DNA from: Carcharhinus amblyrhynchos
Lineage: Eukaryota
Direction: 5' to 3'
Length of the DNA stretch: 64,000 nucleotides
Assembly (NCBI GenBank): GCA_965287045.1
Contig: OZ336877.1
Span: 86,180,001-86,244,000, forward strand
Made by a program: the position numbers and the translations under genes
In this document: positions 23,913 through 38,461 of the stretch, in pieces
Position numbering within the stretch: the stretch's first letter is position 1
How the letters are laid out: every line of letters starts with the position of its first letter
The notes under the pieces: generated by a model
Databases searched by the model: none
Seen by the model: only the letters and a program-made list of their open reading frames with translations
Told to the model about the DNA's origin: nothing

Positions 23913-26521
23913 CTGCAAAAGTAATTTTTTTTTAATGAAAATATTTTCTTCTCGACCACACTTACAATGCTAGCTAAACAAAATACATTTCTGCATTCTA
24001 TTACTAATAAGTATTCAAATTTAAGTAGTATATTGAGTGAGGGCCTTTCAACACATAATGAAATCAGTACAAAATGTGGGCATCGAGACCATGCGTTCTT
24101 TGTACTCGCATTTTCACTTCTCTACTAGAAACATCTATGAACAAAAGCTTCTCTTGTAATAAGTTCCATTGCTGATGCCATATATGCTGCCTGGGGTGAC
24201 TCTAAAATACAGATGTATTTGAAGGTTTGAATTCAGCAGTACATTCATTGTCTTCACCGCTTAACCCTTCAACCGCTGACAATTTCCTGTTTTTGGCTGT
24301 GCTTTTTTTTAGAGAAAAGGGGGCTGTTTTTCAAAAATTATAGTCCTGAAATTGTGCTGCAGAATACTATAGCACATGAATGCTTAGTAGGGATATTTGG
24401 AATTCTCCCTATCATTGTTTCAGTAGAACAATAACCTAATAAATAAATATATTTAGGTTACAGAGTGCATGATTACACTTACTGTACTACAGAATCAAGT
24501 CCAAAAGTTTTATAATAAATTATAAAACAATTGAAGTTAGTTTGAAACAGAGTATTATTTAATTGTTTTTTAAAGATACAAATAAATTAAAACATCCAAG
24601 TTCAATGAATTAATTGACAGAATCCACTAAATATTGGTACAAATGAGTATTTATTTCAGCTTTTACACAGATTTTTACTTTTAATTAATAACTAAACAAG
24701 TTACATGATTTTATATTATACTTTTAAGATTTCAAATTGAACATAAATTGACAACTGCATTTTCCATCATTAATGCAAGCCCTATTGTTTTACTCACTGC
24801 TGTATACACTACTAGATTCAGTTTGTTTTCTGATTGAGGTCCTGCTGCTAAGAACCCAACTGGGAAGTTTAAAATATCATATAAACATTCTGATACTGCA
24901 ACAACAGAGAAATAAAAGCAATCAAAAATACATAGCATGGGTGCAAATAAAATGGTAATCTAAGGTACAGTTGATTCCAACAGCTGGATCAGACACTAGA
25001 TTTGGAGCATAACCTCTCATTATGCACACTGGAGGGTAGACAAGTTATTGCCTAATACAACACCTTGTTTTAGAAGCAAATGCATCTTTCATGTCAAAGA
25101 ATAACAAGTCTTTTGAGTAAATAAAGTATTTTTGTTCAGCTATCCTTCAGGCATGGTGCCGATGTTATTGTGGTGGCAAATTGTTTTTTTTCAAATAAGT
25201 ATTTCTTATTAAACCAACATGCTGCCCACCAAAAAGAAATATCTGGTCCCATGCCAATATTGTAGCCACGGTTACTTATACGTTCTGGTTTCCAAGGAAA
25301 TTAGAAAAAGCACATGCATTCCCAATGCTAGGAGGAGAGCAAACTGGGAGGACTGGCAAAGAATATTTCAAAGAGATCAGTGGCGTTCCAACAGTTAAAT
25401 GTGTACTTTAGATGAGGGCAAGTGTGTTTCTAATTACCCTGCCACCAACCCCTATAAAACTGCAGGGCCATCTTAGTAAGAGCAGTCTTGCCACACATTT
25501 GTTTATTCAAGTTCCATAGCACAATTGCAGACATTACTATGCATAGAGAACATTCCTGCCAGATGGGAAAACTGGGCTCATTTAGCTGTGCAATTAAGTT
25601 TGCAAAATATTCCCATTCCCAGCAAAACCCGGCAATAGTTTGCATTTACATAGACCATACTTTGTTCCGTAAACATTTGGGACACCTCAGCGGATATATC
25701 AAGAAGCTCATTAGTAATACAAACATTACAATACATCGGGTAAATGGCAAGGAACAGTAATATTTACTGCACAGCTAAGTGACATGAATCACAGAGCACA
25801 TGAACAAAATCATTTCGCTGCATAATGATCAAAGAAAGGATTCGGTCTGGGAAAGCAAAAACAAAATGGCTGAAGCACACAGGAGCATAGAGTTACAATG
25901 TTGAATGATGGGAAATAGCACTTTGTGACAGCGCATACACAACCATTCAATCTTGACACCACAAGAATGTAAGAACAATGAGATACAGTGAGCAAGAAAA
26001 TCTAACAACTGAAACAAATTGACCCAGTTTTTGCTATAATGCAACATCCAGTATGAAATATCACAGCTTGCTGACAAGTTTGACACTCCACTTGACCTCA
26101 GGTGTCACTGGATCACCACTGCAGTATGTGAAGTGTGAGCCGCACCTGGTACTCAGAAGAAGCACTAAACTAGATTGCAAAACAGTAGTGAATACTTGTG
26201 AAACAATATGGCCGTTTCTTGGTTCTCTTGCCTTTTTCTAAATATGCTAGAATCTATCTCTTGGCATTCTCGTGATTTTTGATGCAATAATCATTGCATG
26301 CTGAAATAATCTTTGTTTTGTTTCTCCTTCTCACATGCTTCTCTCTGCTTTTAACCTTTATTCACCTTTCTCAATCTTGGTGGTACGTTACACAATTAGT
26401 TATGTTTGGTGTAATTATCTGATTATTCAATTCTGAGGTCCATCATTACAGGGCTCAACCATATTCTCACCTGATATCTGTATATGTGCATATCTTGAGT
26501 CAAGACCAACCAGTAACAATT

Positions 26522-27936
26522 AGGCCTGGAAAATATTCCTCTAATTACCTTAGAGGCATTGGGTATGCCCTTTGTACTCCAGAAATGAGCTTTTTGGACC
26601 AATTCTCCCGAATCAGCAATAAGTGCCCATGCCAGCAGGAAAACTAGAATGTTTCTCCTTGGCACTGGCAGCATCTGTCAGCTGGGATTTTCCCAACTGA
26701 CAGATGCATATTCATGAATCCCAAATCCTGCGATTCACAATGGCTAGCCTGGTTGTTCAGAGATCGAAGGACATCCTGATCTCCATAGTCAGAGACAGGC
26801 CTTCCTCCCCTCAAAAACTAAAACTCTGACACACCCACTGAGAGTAACACCACCAACCCCTCAGCTAAGAGGGGCATCCTCTGCCCAACTACTCAAAAAA
26901 TGGGTCATCCCCTCCCTACCACGCAGGCATGTGGGTGATCCAACCACATCCTGATTTGATGTTGCCTACAGCTGTGACCACACCAACTTCAAAAGCACCA
27001 AGTGCTTTTCACTTCCACTTTTATGTAAACATTGCAGTTAGAAACAATGCAAGTACTTGAAATGCATTCGAGCATGAAAGGGAAGGTAAATAAACACAGC
27101 TGCCTGGAGGCTGATAGAAAACCATTAAGCTGTCAATAAAATGAGAGTTAAAAGCGCTGGACTAAAACTGAATGGAAACAAAAGGTTTTCAAAGGGTTGG
27201 AAGATATTTCAAAGATACTGAGCTTTCTAGGAAGGCTTACAGACTTCAAATAAAATTTGTGTGAAGAGAATAGGGCTGAGTGAACGGCTGACAGAGGACT
27301 TCAAAGGGGTCATAGGGATCTTCAAAGCAAGTGACCAGGGGCACGGAGATTAAAGTCACTAGGCCACTTCAAAGTTCTCACAGATGTCAGGCAGGAATGA
27401 GAGCTGCCTGAAATCATGACTCCAGGGGTGATCGCTCAGCCTGCCAGGGCTAGAAGGGGCAGCCCATCCACAGGACAGTGCTGAGATCAACACCTTGCCG
27501 CCAGTCCAAGCTCACCTAAGCCCAAGGACCCAAAGGGGACCCTTCTGCTGCACACTGGCAGCAGCAGAGAGCACACACATGAGCACTGGACCTGCCTCCT
27601 TCATTCCTCCTCAGGATCCAACATGCCAGGCCCATGATGGTGACAACTAGTACCAATGTCCGCCTGGTGCTTTCCCTGCTGGGGAGGCAAGTGCTCGGCA
27701 GGAGGCCACTCATGGGCTGTCCAGTTCACTAATTGTATCACAATTAGTGGGTTCGCATAATTTTTGGGTTCCTGTTTGGTGTGGGCAGGAACCAGTTTGG
27801 GGCTGGTGGGGCAGGTCAAGTGAATCCTGATTGCTTTGATGCCTAAAGGGGATTCCAATTTTTGGCCGACTATCCAATTTTTGCAGGGCTTTCAGGATTC
27901 CTGCGAGTCATCTGATGGGGCTGGAGAATCCAACCC
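26522..27936. mobile_element. Harbinger-like non-autonomous element
   Basis: aggcctggaaaat...ggagaatccaaccc termini like the MITE family. Confidence 0.45.
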
Positions 27937-28084
27937 ATTATCAGTTTAAGGATCAGACCAGAACCTTCCAGAATTTCAACATGATTTAATGCTGCACCAT
28001 GTGATGCATTTACAACTAAACCACTGATGTTTTGTATTTTTATCTTATATTATCTCCATTAGAGAATTAACCCATGTTCTATTC

Positions 28085-28408
28085 TTAGAATTATAGAATC
28101 CTTGCAGTGCAGGAAGAGGCTATTTAGCCCATTGAGCCTGCATCGACAACAATCTCACCAGGCCCTATCACCACAACCCCATGTGCTTACCCTACTAGTC
28201 CCCCTGACACTAAGGGGCAAATTAGCATGGCCAATCCACCTAAGCTGCACGTCTTTGGGGTTTGGGAGGAAACTGGACCATCAGGAGGAAACCTACGCAG
28301 ATGTGGGGTGAATATACAAACTCCACAGAGAGTGATGCAAAGCTGGAATTGAACTTGGGTCCCTGGTCTGTGAGGCAGCAATGCTAACCACAGAGGCACC
28401 GTGCCACC
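28085..28408 (-). mobile_element. HE1-type SINE
   Basis: Full-length reverse-complement copy. Confidence 0.88.
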
Positions 28409-29676
28409 AATCGGGGAGAGGCAGTAAATCAGTGTCAATTTCCAGCTACTCAATTGGTAAATGCGGGCAATTGGGATTATCTTAGGGGTTTTAGAAAAAG
28501 AGCAACATGGACAAGTTGGGCCGAAGGGCTTGTTTCCATGCTGTAAATCTCTATGACTCTAAGTCAGAGTCTTTACATTCTGATAATCTAGTGTAGGCAT
28601 GTGTTGCAGTTCCTTTCAACTGAACCAGCCTTGAACATGGATCTATATAACCTGGGTGCCCTTTGACACCTAGTAAATATCCAGTCTTTACAGCCTGAAG
28701 GGAGATCTTGAGTTCGCATTTTCAATTTTTGGGATTGGCACTGGAGGATCAAGATCCGGCGAAACCCAGAATTGCAAATCTCACCAGTGGGATCATGATT
28801 TTTGATTTTCGCCATCCTGGGCCAGTGATCTAATCAGATTCGTGCCCATAATGGGCGAGGACCTGGTTTACATCCATGTAAATAAATTTGATTATTATTA
28901 AACACCCCAAGGGCAAGACTTTCCACCTTCAATAAATTTTCATACTTCGCTGACATGTTTGCAGCGGGTTCACCCAGACGTGAACCTGTCAGAGGGATTC
29001 ACACTGGGAGAAGCAAAGGTGAGTATAGTCCCCGGGGGAGAGGGTTATGCCTGGGCAGTGCCCTGGCACAGGCTGACATCATGCCAGCCTAGCAGCACCA
29101 ACTGGAGTCAGTGCTGGGATATGTCTCAGTGGGAACCTCATGGTTTGCGGCATGTATGTGTAGTAGAAAGGGAGGGAGTGTTGAATGAAGGGGGAGGAAA
29201 TGCCAGCAATTACTAGTGGTGGAGGGTGGGTGGGGAAAGAGCGAGATGCAGTGATGACTATTGGGAGTGGGAGTAGAGGTGAGGGACTTTGACAGTGATC
29301 AGGGACGGAGTGAATAAGCCCCTAAAACCTCCATGGTTGAAGTGGGGGGCAGGGAGCAGGCGTGGGGGGAGATTATTTCTTGGTCTGATTGAGGCGCCTT
29401 TGCCCCCAGTCTCAGTGCAGCGAGCTTTACCAATGTAATTCTGCCCTAGCACACAAAACGCTAGTGTGAAACACATCCTCCCACCCCCTTCTTTTTTTGA
29501 CAAAGTGCCAAAAACCTGTCTGATTGCCTGAAGAGTAACGTGCTGGTTTTCAGTCAGACCTTGACACTTTGCCACTGTTTAGTAAGATTCCACGCCCATG
29601 GTTGCCATGTTCCTGCCTCGATGAAATCCAAAACGTCCATTCACCATTAATCACAAATGCTGTAACTCAGCAAATA

Positions 29677-29978
29677 TCATAGAATCCTACAGTGCAGAAG
29701 GAGGCCACTCTGCCCATCCAGTCTGCACCAACCACAATCCCAATCTCCATGCATTTACCTTAGTTGGTCTCCTGGGCACTAAAGGACAATTTAGCATGGC
29801 CAATCCACCTAATCCTCACATCTTTGGACTGTGGGAGGAAACAAGCGCACCTGGAGGAAACCCACGCAGACACAGGGAGAATGTGCAAACTCCACACAGA
29901 CAGTAACCCAAGCCGGGAATTGAACCCAAGCCCCGGGCGCTGTGAGGCAGCAGTGCTAACCACTGGGCCATTGTGCCA
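29677..29978 (-). mobile_element. HE1-type SINE
   Basis: Reverse-complement copy ending aaccactgggccattgtgcc. Confidence 0.88.
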
Positions 29979-29979
29979 T

Positions 29980-30212
29980 CCACTAATAGGGAACTTGAGT
30001 TAGGTTTAGACTGTCGTGAGACAGGTTAGTTTTACCGTACTGATGATAAACCGGGCAGGACCTACTGTACAGACAGTGGCAGGTGGGGAGTTTGACTGGG
30101 GCGGTATGCCTGTCACACCGTAATGCAGGTGTCCTAAGGTGAGCTCAAGGAGGACAGAAACCTCCCATGGAGCAAAGGGCAAAAACTCGCTGATCTTGAT
30201 TTTCAGTATGAA
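29980..30212 (+). pseudogene. 28S rRNA-derived fragments (two pieces)
   Basis: ccactaatagggaac.tgag.t.ggtttagac.gtcgtgagacaggttagttttacc.tactgatga and gacagtg.caggtggggagtttgactggggcggta...gaggacagaaacctccc...gatcttgattttcagta match conserved eukaryotic LSU rRNA with many substitutions. Confidence 0.9.
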
Positions 30213-30949
30213 ATAAAAATAATATCACGAATCTGCACCCACTTTATGTTCACAAGTTTGCCAGCAAATGGGGTTTGGAACAGCATCTGGTGAAATTACA
30301 ACAGCTAAAAAAACTGAGTAGGAACTGCTCGAAAGAATTCTGGGCAAATATTTCAGAGTAAAGCCTGAAGGGGGAGCAAGCTGCCTAACCAGAAAAGAGT
30401 TGTAAAGAACAGAAGAACATATCAACCCAGTTACAGGGCAATACTGATACAGAGCAGAGAACTAATTGCTTGTTTTCTTCTTTAACCCCTCGCAAAGAGG
30501 TAAAGACAGTAAAATATAACTATTCACAAAAGTCCTCAAATTGCACTACAATGCAAAGGGTTCTGAGAAAAGCATCAAAGTCTTAAGCTTGGTCTTTCAG
30601 TTAAAATGCTGAAATGTTCTGGCTAATTCTGTTTCTATTCCCGTATCAAAGAAAAGCAACCACATAGGATTTGTTAAGTTAACATCCAATCAGAAATTTA
30701 GTGGATTCTCCCAGTAAGGAATTCAGAAAGCTAAGCCAACCTTCCGTGGAAGGTGTGCAGAACCCAAGGGCTTGCATTTAATGCAGACTATGTTACATGC
30801 ACTATTGTAGTGTGGCTGACTAGGGTCAATTTTTCTCTCAACACTAGTTCAGTACCAGGCACCCTCAGAGCAACCTGGGTGTGTCGCCCCCGTGAAGTTG
30901 CAAGTAAATGCATTTCCAACCGAGCTGTTTTACAAGAACATAATAAGAT

Positions 30950-32860
30950 AAGAACGTAAGAATTAGGAGCAGGAATAAGCCATTTGGCCCCTTGAGCATT
31001 CTTCGCTTTTTAATAAGATCATGGCTGATCTGATTAAGGCTTTAACTCCACTTTCCTGCCTTCCCCACATAACCCTTGACTCCCTTTATAGATCGATCTG
31101 TCTAACTCAGCCTTGAATATATTCAATGATAGAATTCTCTACTGCTCTCTGCAGTAGAGAATTATAAAGATTAATGACCGTCAGAGAAGAAGTTCCCCAC
31201 CTTTGCCTTAAATAGGAGGCCCCTTACTTTTAAACTGTGCCCCCCAGTTCTAGATTTCATCACAACATTTACACTTAAGCCCTCTCAGAATTTTGTGTTT
31301 CAATAAGAATGCCCCTTATTTTTCTAAATTCCAATCAGTATAGGTGTAACCGGCTCAACCTTTCCTCATAAGACAACCACTTCATTCCCGAGGAAGCCGC
31401 CCAGCAAGCTTTCTCTGAACTGCTTTCATTGCAAGCACAACCCTACTTAAGTAATGGGATCAAAACTACACACACTACTCCAGGTATGGTCTCACCAAGG
31501 CCCTTGTATAGTTGCAACATGACTTCCCTACTTTTACACTCCATTCGCTTTGCAGTGCAAGGTTAAATATCAAATTTAACTTTGGCACCATGATGACACA
31601 GTGGTTAGCACCGCTGTCTCACAGTGGCAGAAACCTGGGTTCGACTCCAGTCTCAGGTCACTGTCTGTGTGGAGTTTGCATATTCTCCCCGTGTCTGCAT
31701 CAGTTACCTCCAGGTGCTCCGATTTCCTCCCACACTCCAAAAATGTGCGGGTTGGGTTGATTAGCCATGCTAAATTGCCCCTTAGTGTCAGGGGGACTAG
31801 TAGAATAAATATGTGGGGTTAAAGGGATATGGCCTGAGTGGGATTGTTGTTGTTGCAAGCTCGATGGGCCAGATTACCTCCTTCTGCACCGTAGGGATCC
31901 TATAATTCTAATTATTTGCTGCATTTGTATGCTAACTTTTCTGACTCATGAACAGCTTCTTCCCTGCTGCCATCAGACCTACCTTGCATTAAGTTGATCT
32001 TTCTCTACACCCTAGCTATAACTGTAACACTACATCCTGCACTTTCCCGTTTCCTTCTCTATGAACAGTATGCTTTGTCTGTATAGAGCAAGAAACAATA
32101 CTTTCCACTGTATACTAATACATGATAATAATAAATCAAATCAAAACCATACAAGGGCATCTTTATCTTGCTGTACTGTAGCACTCTGCAGTCTGTCTCC
32201 ATTTAAGTTACATTCTGCTTTTCTATTTTTCCTGCCACAGTTGACAACTTTACATCTTCCTACTTTTTGTTCTACCTGCCAATTTTTTGGCTCACACACT
32301 TAACCTTTCTTTAACCCTACACCGGTTGTTTCCATTCTCTTCACAATACACTTTGCTATCAATTTTAGTATCATTGGCAAATTTGGCTACAATATACTCG
32401 GTTCCTTTATCCACATCACATTTATTGTACATAATTAAGGCTCCAGCACTGACATTGATGGGAACAGACTAGACACGGACTGCTAACCCGAAAATGACCC
32501 ATTTATCCTGTTTCTCTATTCCCTCTTCATTAGCCAATCCTCTATCCATGCTATTATATCACACCTATGTGGCACCTCATTTAAGTTTAAGACACTAACG
32601 TCAGACCCACATTTCTCAACCTAAACTTAATGAGAAATTCTATTATGCTATGATCACTTTTGCTGAGAGGATCCTTTACCATGAGGTCATTAATTAATCC
32701 TGTCTCATTTACATATTACCAGTTCTAAAATACCTACTTCTCCGGTTGGTTCCCGAATGCGTTATTCTAAGAAACAGTCCAAATACATTCCGAGAAGTCA
32801 TCCTCAAGGCTACTCGTGTTAATTTGGTCCATCCAATCTATACAAAGATTAAAATCTCCC
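30950..32860 (-). mobile_element. Decayed CR1 LINE with nested HE1 SINE (+, 31583-31910) and Rex1-like 3' end (+, 31945-32145)
   Basis: CR1 tail taagaacgtaagaattaggagcagga... on the minus strand. SINE consensus, and NSFFPAAIR plus caataataaatcaaatcaaa tail. Confidence 0.75.
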
Positions 32861-35317
32861 ATGAGATTTTAGACAGGAAATTTTAATCTCCTGGCTTTTA
32901 TCACAGTGTCCTTCTGAATTGTTGCCAGGTGTAAAATCCTAAAGTCTTCAGGGCGACAACATTCTCTCTCTCTCCACTGCCCACACCCCCAGGACAAAGA
33001 TTTTAAAACTGCCCAATTCCAAGAGATTCATCGGGACTTTTTCTATATATATTCCATAAAGTGTCAAGTAGAGACTAAAGTGGGAGCTTAGGAATATCTA
33101 CTCCACTCCTCCACACACATACCCAGCGAGGGACTTTGGGGAGTTGCGCAATAAATCCTGATGGGAGGAAGACACAAAATTGTGAACTTTCGCTTTTTAT
33201 CCCCTCTTTACCATGTTGCAGTGAAGAAAATCTCTCTCTCCAATGTATCCTTTTATGAGCGGACCAGAAATGACCATAACCTTCAAGGGATACTCAAGTT
33301 AACAGCACTTTTGGCACTCATGAAAATATCTAAAATTAAACCAACCACTCTGCCACTTCTGTAGATTTCTTTTGTAATTAAAAGATATATACCAGTGCCT
33401 CCCAAACCCAGGAAGTGAGAAATTAACTGTTGAAATTAATTTCACTTCACAAGGTGAACTGCTCACCACCACTACCCCTGCCAGCAACGCTTCTTTTCCC
33501 CCCAACCTGCCTGCTGTAAGACCAGCATTTAAGAAGACTGTCCCATAGCAATAACATGCTGGAGGAGGGGTAAATGGCTGGGGGTCAGGCGTCCATCCCT
33601 CAGTGGACAAAAAGTCCTACCCCCCTGTCAGTCTGACTGGCCAGCAGCTCAAACAGTCACCTTAGTGCAGTGTTGGGATGCAGGTTCTGCAAACAGTCTT
33701 TGAGAAGTAGATTACAGCAAACAGAGACAGACAGATTCCAAGATTTTACGATGGGGAGAGATTGGAGAGTTTAAGGAGGTGGGGAAGAGGAGCATGAATG
33801 GCTGGTCTTGAGGGGCAGGCAGGAAGTAGCGAAGGGGAGGTGATATTTGGGGAGTGGGAGGGGTATTAGGGTATGCCCCAATGCAAACAGGACACTCCCA
33901 ATAAGCAAACTCCCCCTTCTTTCTCACCTTTCCAAAGAAGCCTTTGCATTCTGACCTACCTGTCATTTTCCACAATTTTATAGCAACGGAGGTGGACTAA
34001 GAGTCTTAACTGAGTATGTGACCATTAACTAACCACTTACGGGCTTCAGCAGACTCAAGAACAGGCATCCTGGTGGGCAACTTACACCTATCTTGTGGCG
34101 AACAGGTCAATGGGTAGGTACAAGGAGATAGATCCAAAGTATTTTCTTTCCTTCTTATCAAAAACACACACGGCGGAGAACCGTAAAGTCCAGCCTTAAA
34201 TTTTAAACAAATGAGTCCAGCAGTAAAAGAAATCCCTGCTCTGAAAATGTTAATTCTTAAGAATTGCTTCCTCATTGATGTTTTTAAGTACTTATTGAAG
34301 AAAGACCACCTGAACTAGTGGGAACAGCTGCAACTGGGTGAGTCACCAGGGTACATAAGCCATGTGGGCAACAGTTTATTCAGCCTTGGCTTAAAACTTG
34401 GAGTAAATACAAGCCAATTCTTCTCCCTGGATAGTGGCCATCAAAGGTGCAAAAGACTTTCACTTCCACAATTCTCATGAGCTTCCATCTCAATACACAC
34501 TAAGCACATTGCAAGTTGCTTTTCTTTTTCAAATTTCCCTCCTTTCCAATTTCCTGAAGCAACTGATTCTGCTGGACACTGTTATACGAGTGTTCCAGAA
34601 ACTCAACCCTATTTACCTTTCATCATGTGAATGCCTGAGTGGCAGGAGCAGATTATTCACAGCCGTGGACCCACTTTAGAACAGTCTAACTGATCACCAG
34701 ATCAAAACTGCACATAGACTTCCAACGTGTGCATCAGAAATGGAGAACCCGAATAGTTCCCTTCTCTACCTCAGAAAGATCACCAACTAAAGCCCCTCCA
34801 TTGCTGCCTGAGCTAATATCAATGAATGCAGAACACAGGGAGAGTTCAGGTCTTCTGCAAGGTACAGTTCAGTAATACAGGATCTAGAAAAATTACTCCC
34901 TGAGCATATTGTAAGTTTGATAGAATAATTCCATTCACTCCATCCTAACATCTTCTGAATAGGATTTTGAACCAGATAAAAGCATTGCAGTCTAATGCTA
35001 TTTGTTTATTAACTACCTTAACCGAGAAGGTAAATGTTACAGGTATTAAACACCCTTCTTTGTAACATATCTTTCCAAAAAAAAAAGATTCAAGTCAGGC
35101 CAATGGCTCAGTGCATAATGAAGAATATGCCTCAAGTCTGCTGCCAGTTAACTAATCAATAAAGCAACAGCAGAGAGAAGCAACAATTGGCTTCCACCTC
35201 ACTGGACAGCAGAGAAAATAAGTCAGTTACCTTGAGTTCACACAATTGATTACAGAATCATGCAACACAGGGCGAAGCCATTCAGCCCATCACACCTGCT
35301 CTCTTAAAGAGTTATCA

Positions 35318-35797
35318 GGGGCAATTCTCCAGCCCTGCTCACGCAGGAGAAAATCCTGCTATGGCTGAGATTCTCTCATGAGAGAATGGGATTTGTGTCG
35401 AGGGATTGGGGTGGTGGTGGGGGAGTCGGGGCTGGCCCTCAACGTTCGGGAGGCCAGTGATCATAGAAGGGTGAGGGGATCAGAGAAGCAGCAATGGGAG
35501 CTTGCTGTGCTGGCCAACGACTGGGAAGCCAGCAGCACGGGGCCACTGCGCATGCTCCGACTCAGCGCTGACAGATTGGCACATGTGCAGTGGCCCGCTC
35601 AATGCTATGCTGCTGGCCTCTCCAGTGGGAATTATGTCCCGCCCCCTGGATTTTCAGTGTGAATCTCCCGGCGTCACTCTGCAGTGCTCGGCGTGTGGAA
35701 GGTTCATTTTGAAAATCCAGCTAAAAAAACAGCGGGATTTACTTTTGTTTTTACGCAAATTCAGCACTGAGAATTTGTTTTGGGAGAATTCTGGCCC
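35318..35797. mobile_element. Harbinger-like MITE inside a CR1 tail
   Basis: TIRs ggggcaattctcc...gggagaattctggccc. Confidence 0.65.
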
Positions 35798-36549
35798 ATA
35801 CTTACACTTCGTCATATTAGTCTGCTCTTTTTCCATTATGCTCCCCCTCCGCCCCCCCCGTTCTGAGTACATTCGTTTCAAAAGTTATGAACAAATCTGT
35901 TTCCACCATCTTTTAGGTTGATCACAACAACTTACTGCATAAAAAAATTCTCCTCATCTCTTTGGTTCTTTGGCCAATTACCTCAATTCTGCCTTCTTGA
36001 CTGACGACCAATGGAAACAGTCTCCCCTAATTTATACTGCAGATGTAGCAGACACAATCACTACTAGCAATGTTCTTGTGTGAATGTCAGGAGATAGATC
36101 AGCCTGATTTCTGATGGCTGTCACAGTCAAAGAGCACAACACTCACTATGGAATGTGAGAAATCGCCACTTAGCTAGGGTACTAGGAAGAAACGGTGATC
36201 CAGAAATATATACAGACTTGTGTTACTGCCGCCAAAACAGATCTTGAAAAGGGTAACTCGCTTTCTATCCAATTCAATTGTTATTTTCCAGGTGGTTGCA
36301 TTGCAGCCTGCTAATTCATTGTCATTCATTTTGCACATTCTATTTCAGCTGTGATATCTACTCGTAAATAAAAAAAAACATGCACTGTGATCATTCAGTC
36401 CACAGCATTTAAAATAATAATATTCAAAAATGGACAAAGTTTTAGACTATTTGATTTTTAAGGCCAGTTTTTTGCTACTGAGGTTCATGGCTTGGATCAT
36501 GAAATTTTCCGACTCAGTAGAAACACCACAGTTTAAAAGGATCTGTGTT

Positions 36550-36871
36550 AGAATAATAGATTCATACAGTGCAGAAGGGGGTCTTTCAGCCCATCCAGTC
36601 TACACCGACCATAATCCCACCCAGGGCCTATTCCCACAACCCCATGCATTTACCATAGATAGTCCCCCAAAACTAAGGGGCAATTTAGCATGGTCAATCC
36701 ACCTAACCCACACATCTTTTGATATGGAAGGAAACTGGAGCACCCACAGGAAACCCGCGCAGACACTGGGAGAACATGCAAATGCCACACAGACAGTGAC
36801 CCAAGCCGGGAATCGAACAGCTGTGCCTGGTGCTCTGACACAGCAGTGCTAACAACTGTGCCACTGTGCCA
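36550..36871 (-). mobile_element. HE1-type SINE
   Basis: Full-length reverse-complement copy. Confidence 0.88.
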
Positions 36872-38219
36872 CCCTACAGACTCAATTTTTGCCTCAGTGA
36901 GACAGGTGTGGGATAAAGTCGGACCCACGAACCTCAGAAGGGCATGACTGGCGGCCACATAAGTCGGTGAGTGCCGAGGTAGTTGTGTAGAAAGCCCACT
37001 TCAGTTCTCCAGGATGTTGTTTCAGTTGTTTTACAACCTTTTGGCCCTCTATTCCTCACACACCCTCAACCACCTGGGTTCTTTCATAACTGCCCCCCCC
37101 CCCACCCCTGCCAACTCCATGCTAACTCATGTCCTCCACTCACTCCCATGGCACCTCCATAGCCACTCACCCAATATTCACCATCGACACACCTCAGCAG
37201 CCATGTGGAGGTGAGAAAAATAAACTCTCACTTAAACATAGAGACCGCAAAAATCTCCATTCATGAAATCCATTCAAAGCTTTTAAATCTCCTCAAGTGG
37301 TTAATCTGGTCAGTAGTCTCAAAGTTTTCTAATCCTTAAATAACCTATTTAAGCTATCAAACTATGAACCCAGAACCCCTTGCTGAGATAACTGTAGCTT
37401 TTGAAACTCATCTAAAATTTCACAATGACATAAAAGCCCTTGGGAAATGTCAACAAGAATCTCTATTATAACCGTGGAAGTGGTGGTCAGGTTCTTTCCT
37501 AACTTGATGGCCTGTAAATCAAACCATCAAGTGACTTTTATTTAACATTCTCACTGACAGCTTACGCCTATTGGGGTTCTTCTCAAGTTTAAAGAGCAGG
37601 GGATTTAAAAAACTTGAGCGCATGATACTTAACCAGATTTTACCTACCCTTCAAAAAAGCATTAACTGGTGACTCCCAGGTTAAGATCCTTGGCACAGCC
37701 AAAATGGGAACTGCTGGAAATCAGCACTGATTTCAAATGGCCCTGCTGATTGAATTCAGATTTCTCCTCTACATGAATCATGCCCCACCCAGAAAAAATT
37801 GGATCCATCAGAAATACGGACAGGACTTCCCCTTTTGAGTCTTGCCCGCCATTTTTAAAAGCCTACAGGGGTCATGAAGACTCTGAAAATCCAGCCTCAC
37901 GTCTCTCAGTCAGATCATTACGGCGGCCGGCTATAAATAAAACAGCTTATGGTGTAGTGTATGCAATCTAATGTCACTTACACCACGAGGTATGCATTCT
38001 CCCCTTCACAGTGCCCATTTTGATACTGAGCTGGAGATTTAATGCCTTAAATTTTTGGTACAAAAATGATTCTGAATCACACACAACAGTTTAATCGAAA
38101 CATTAGGGCAGCTTTGCAACAGTTAGATGCCAGTGAAAGTGCAATAACCAGAGAGCTGACTTCTTACGAACAGAACCCCACGTTCTATGTGGTGCAAACA
38201 GCTTGCGTTGCTTACTTAC

Positions 38220-38461
38220 CACTAACCCAAGCACCAAGGTTCGTACTCGCTCCCCAATTTCTGGTGAAATGTCATTGCCAAACTGTTGCAAGGTTGTTAG
38301 AAATCTCTTCAGCTTGCTGAGCTGCCGAGCACCGCAGGCTGGCGGCAGCTGCTGATTCGCCAGCGAGGAAGAGGAAGAAGAAGAGGTTCCATTACTAAAG
38401 CCGTTTGGAGGAGACGGTGCCCCATTCAGTGCAGTGGGCGAGTGACTGCTACCATTTGTTA
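38220..38461 (-). CDS. RUNX1T1: RUNX1T1 coding exon 3 (242 nt), start of TAFH/NHR1
   Basis: ttgcag acceptor, GTAAGT donor. Encodes (L)[24 protein letters not shown]...[44 protein letters not shown]. Confidence 0.97.

Noticed and set aside
29980-30212. Functional rRNA gene
   Set aside because: Short, mutated, permuted fragments only.
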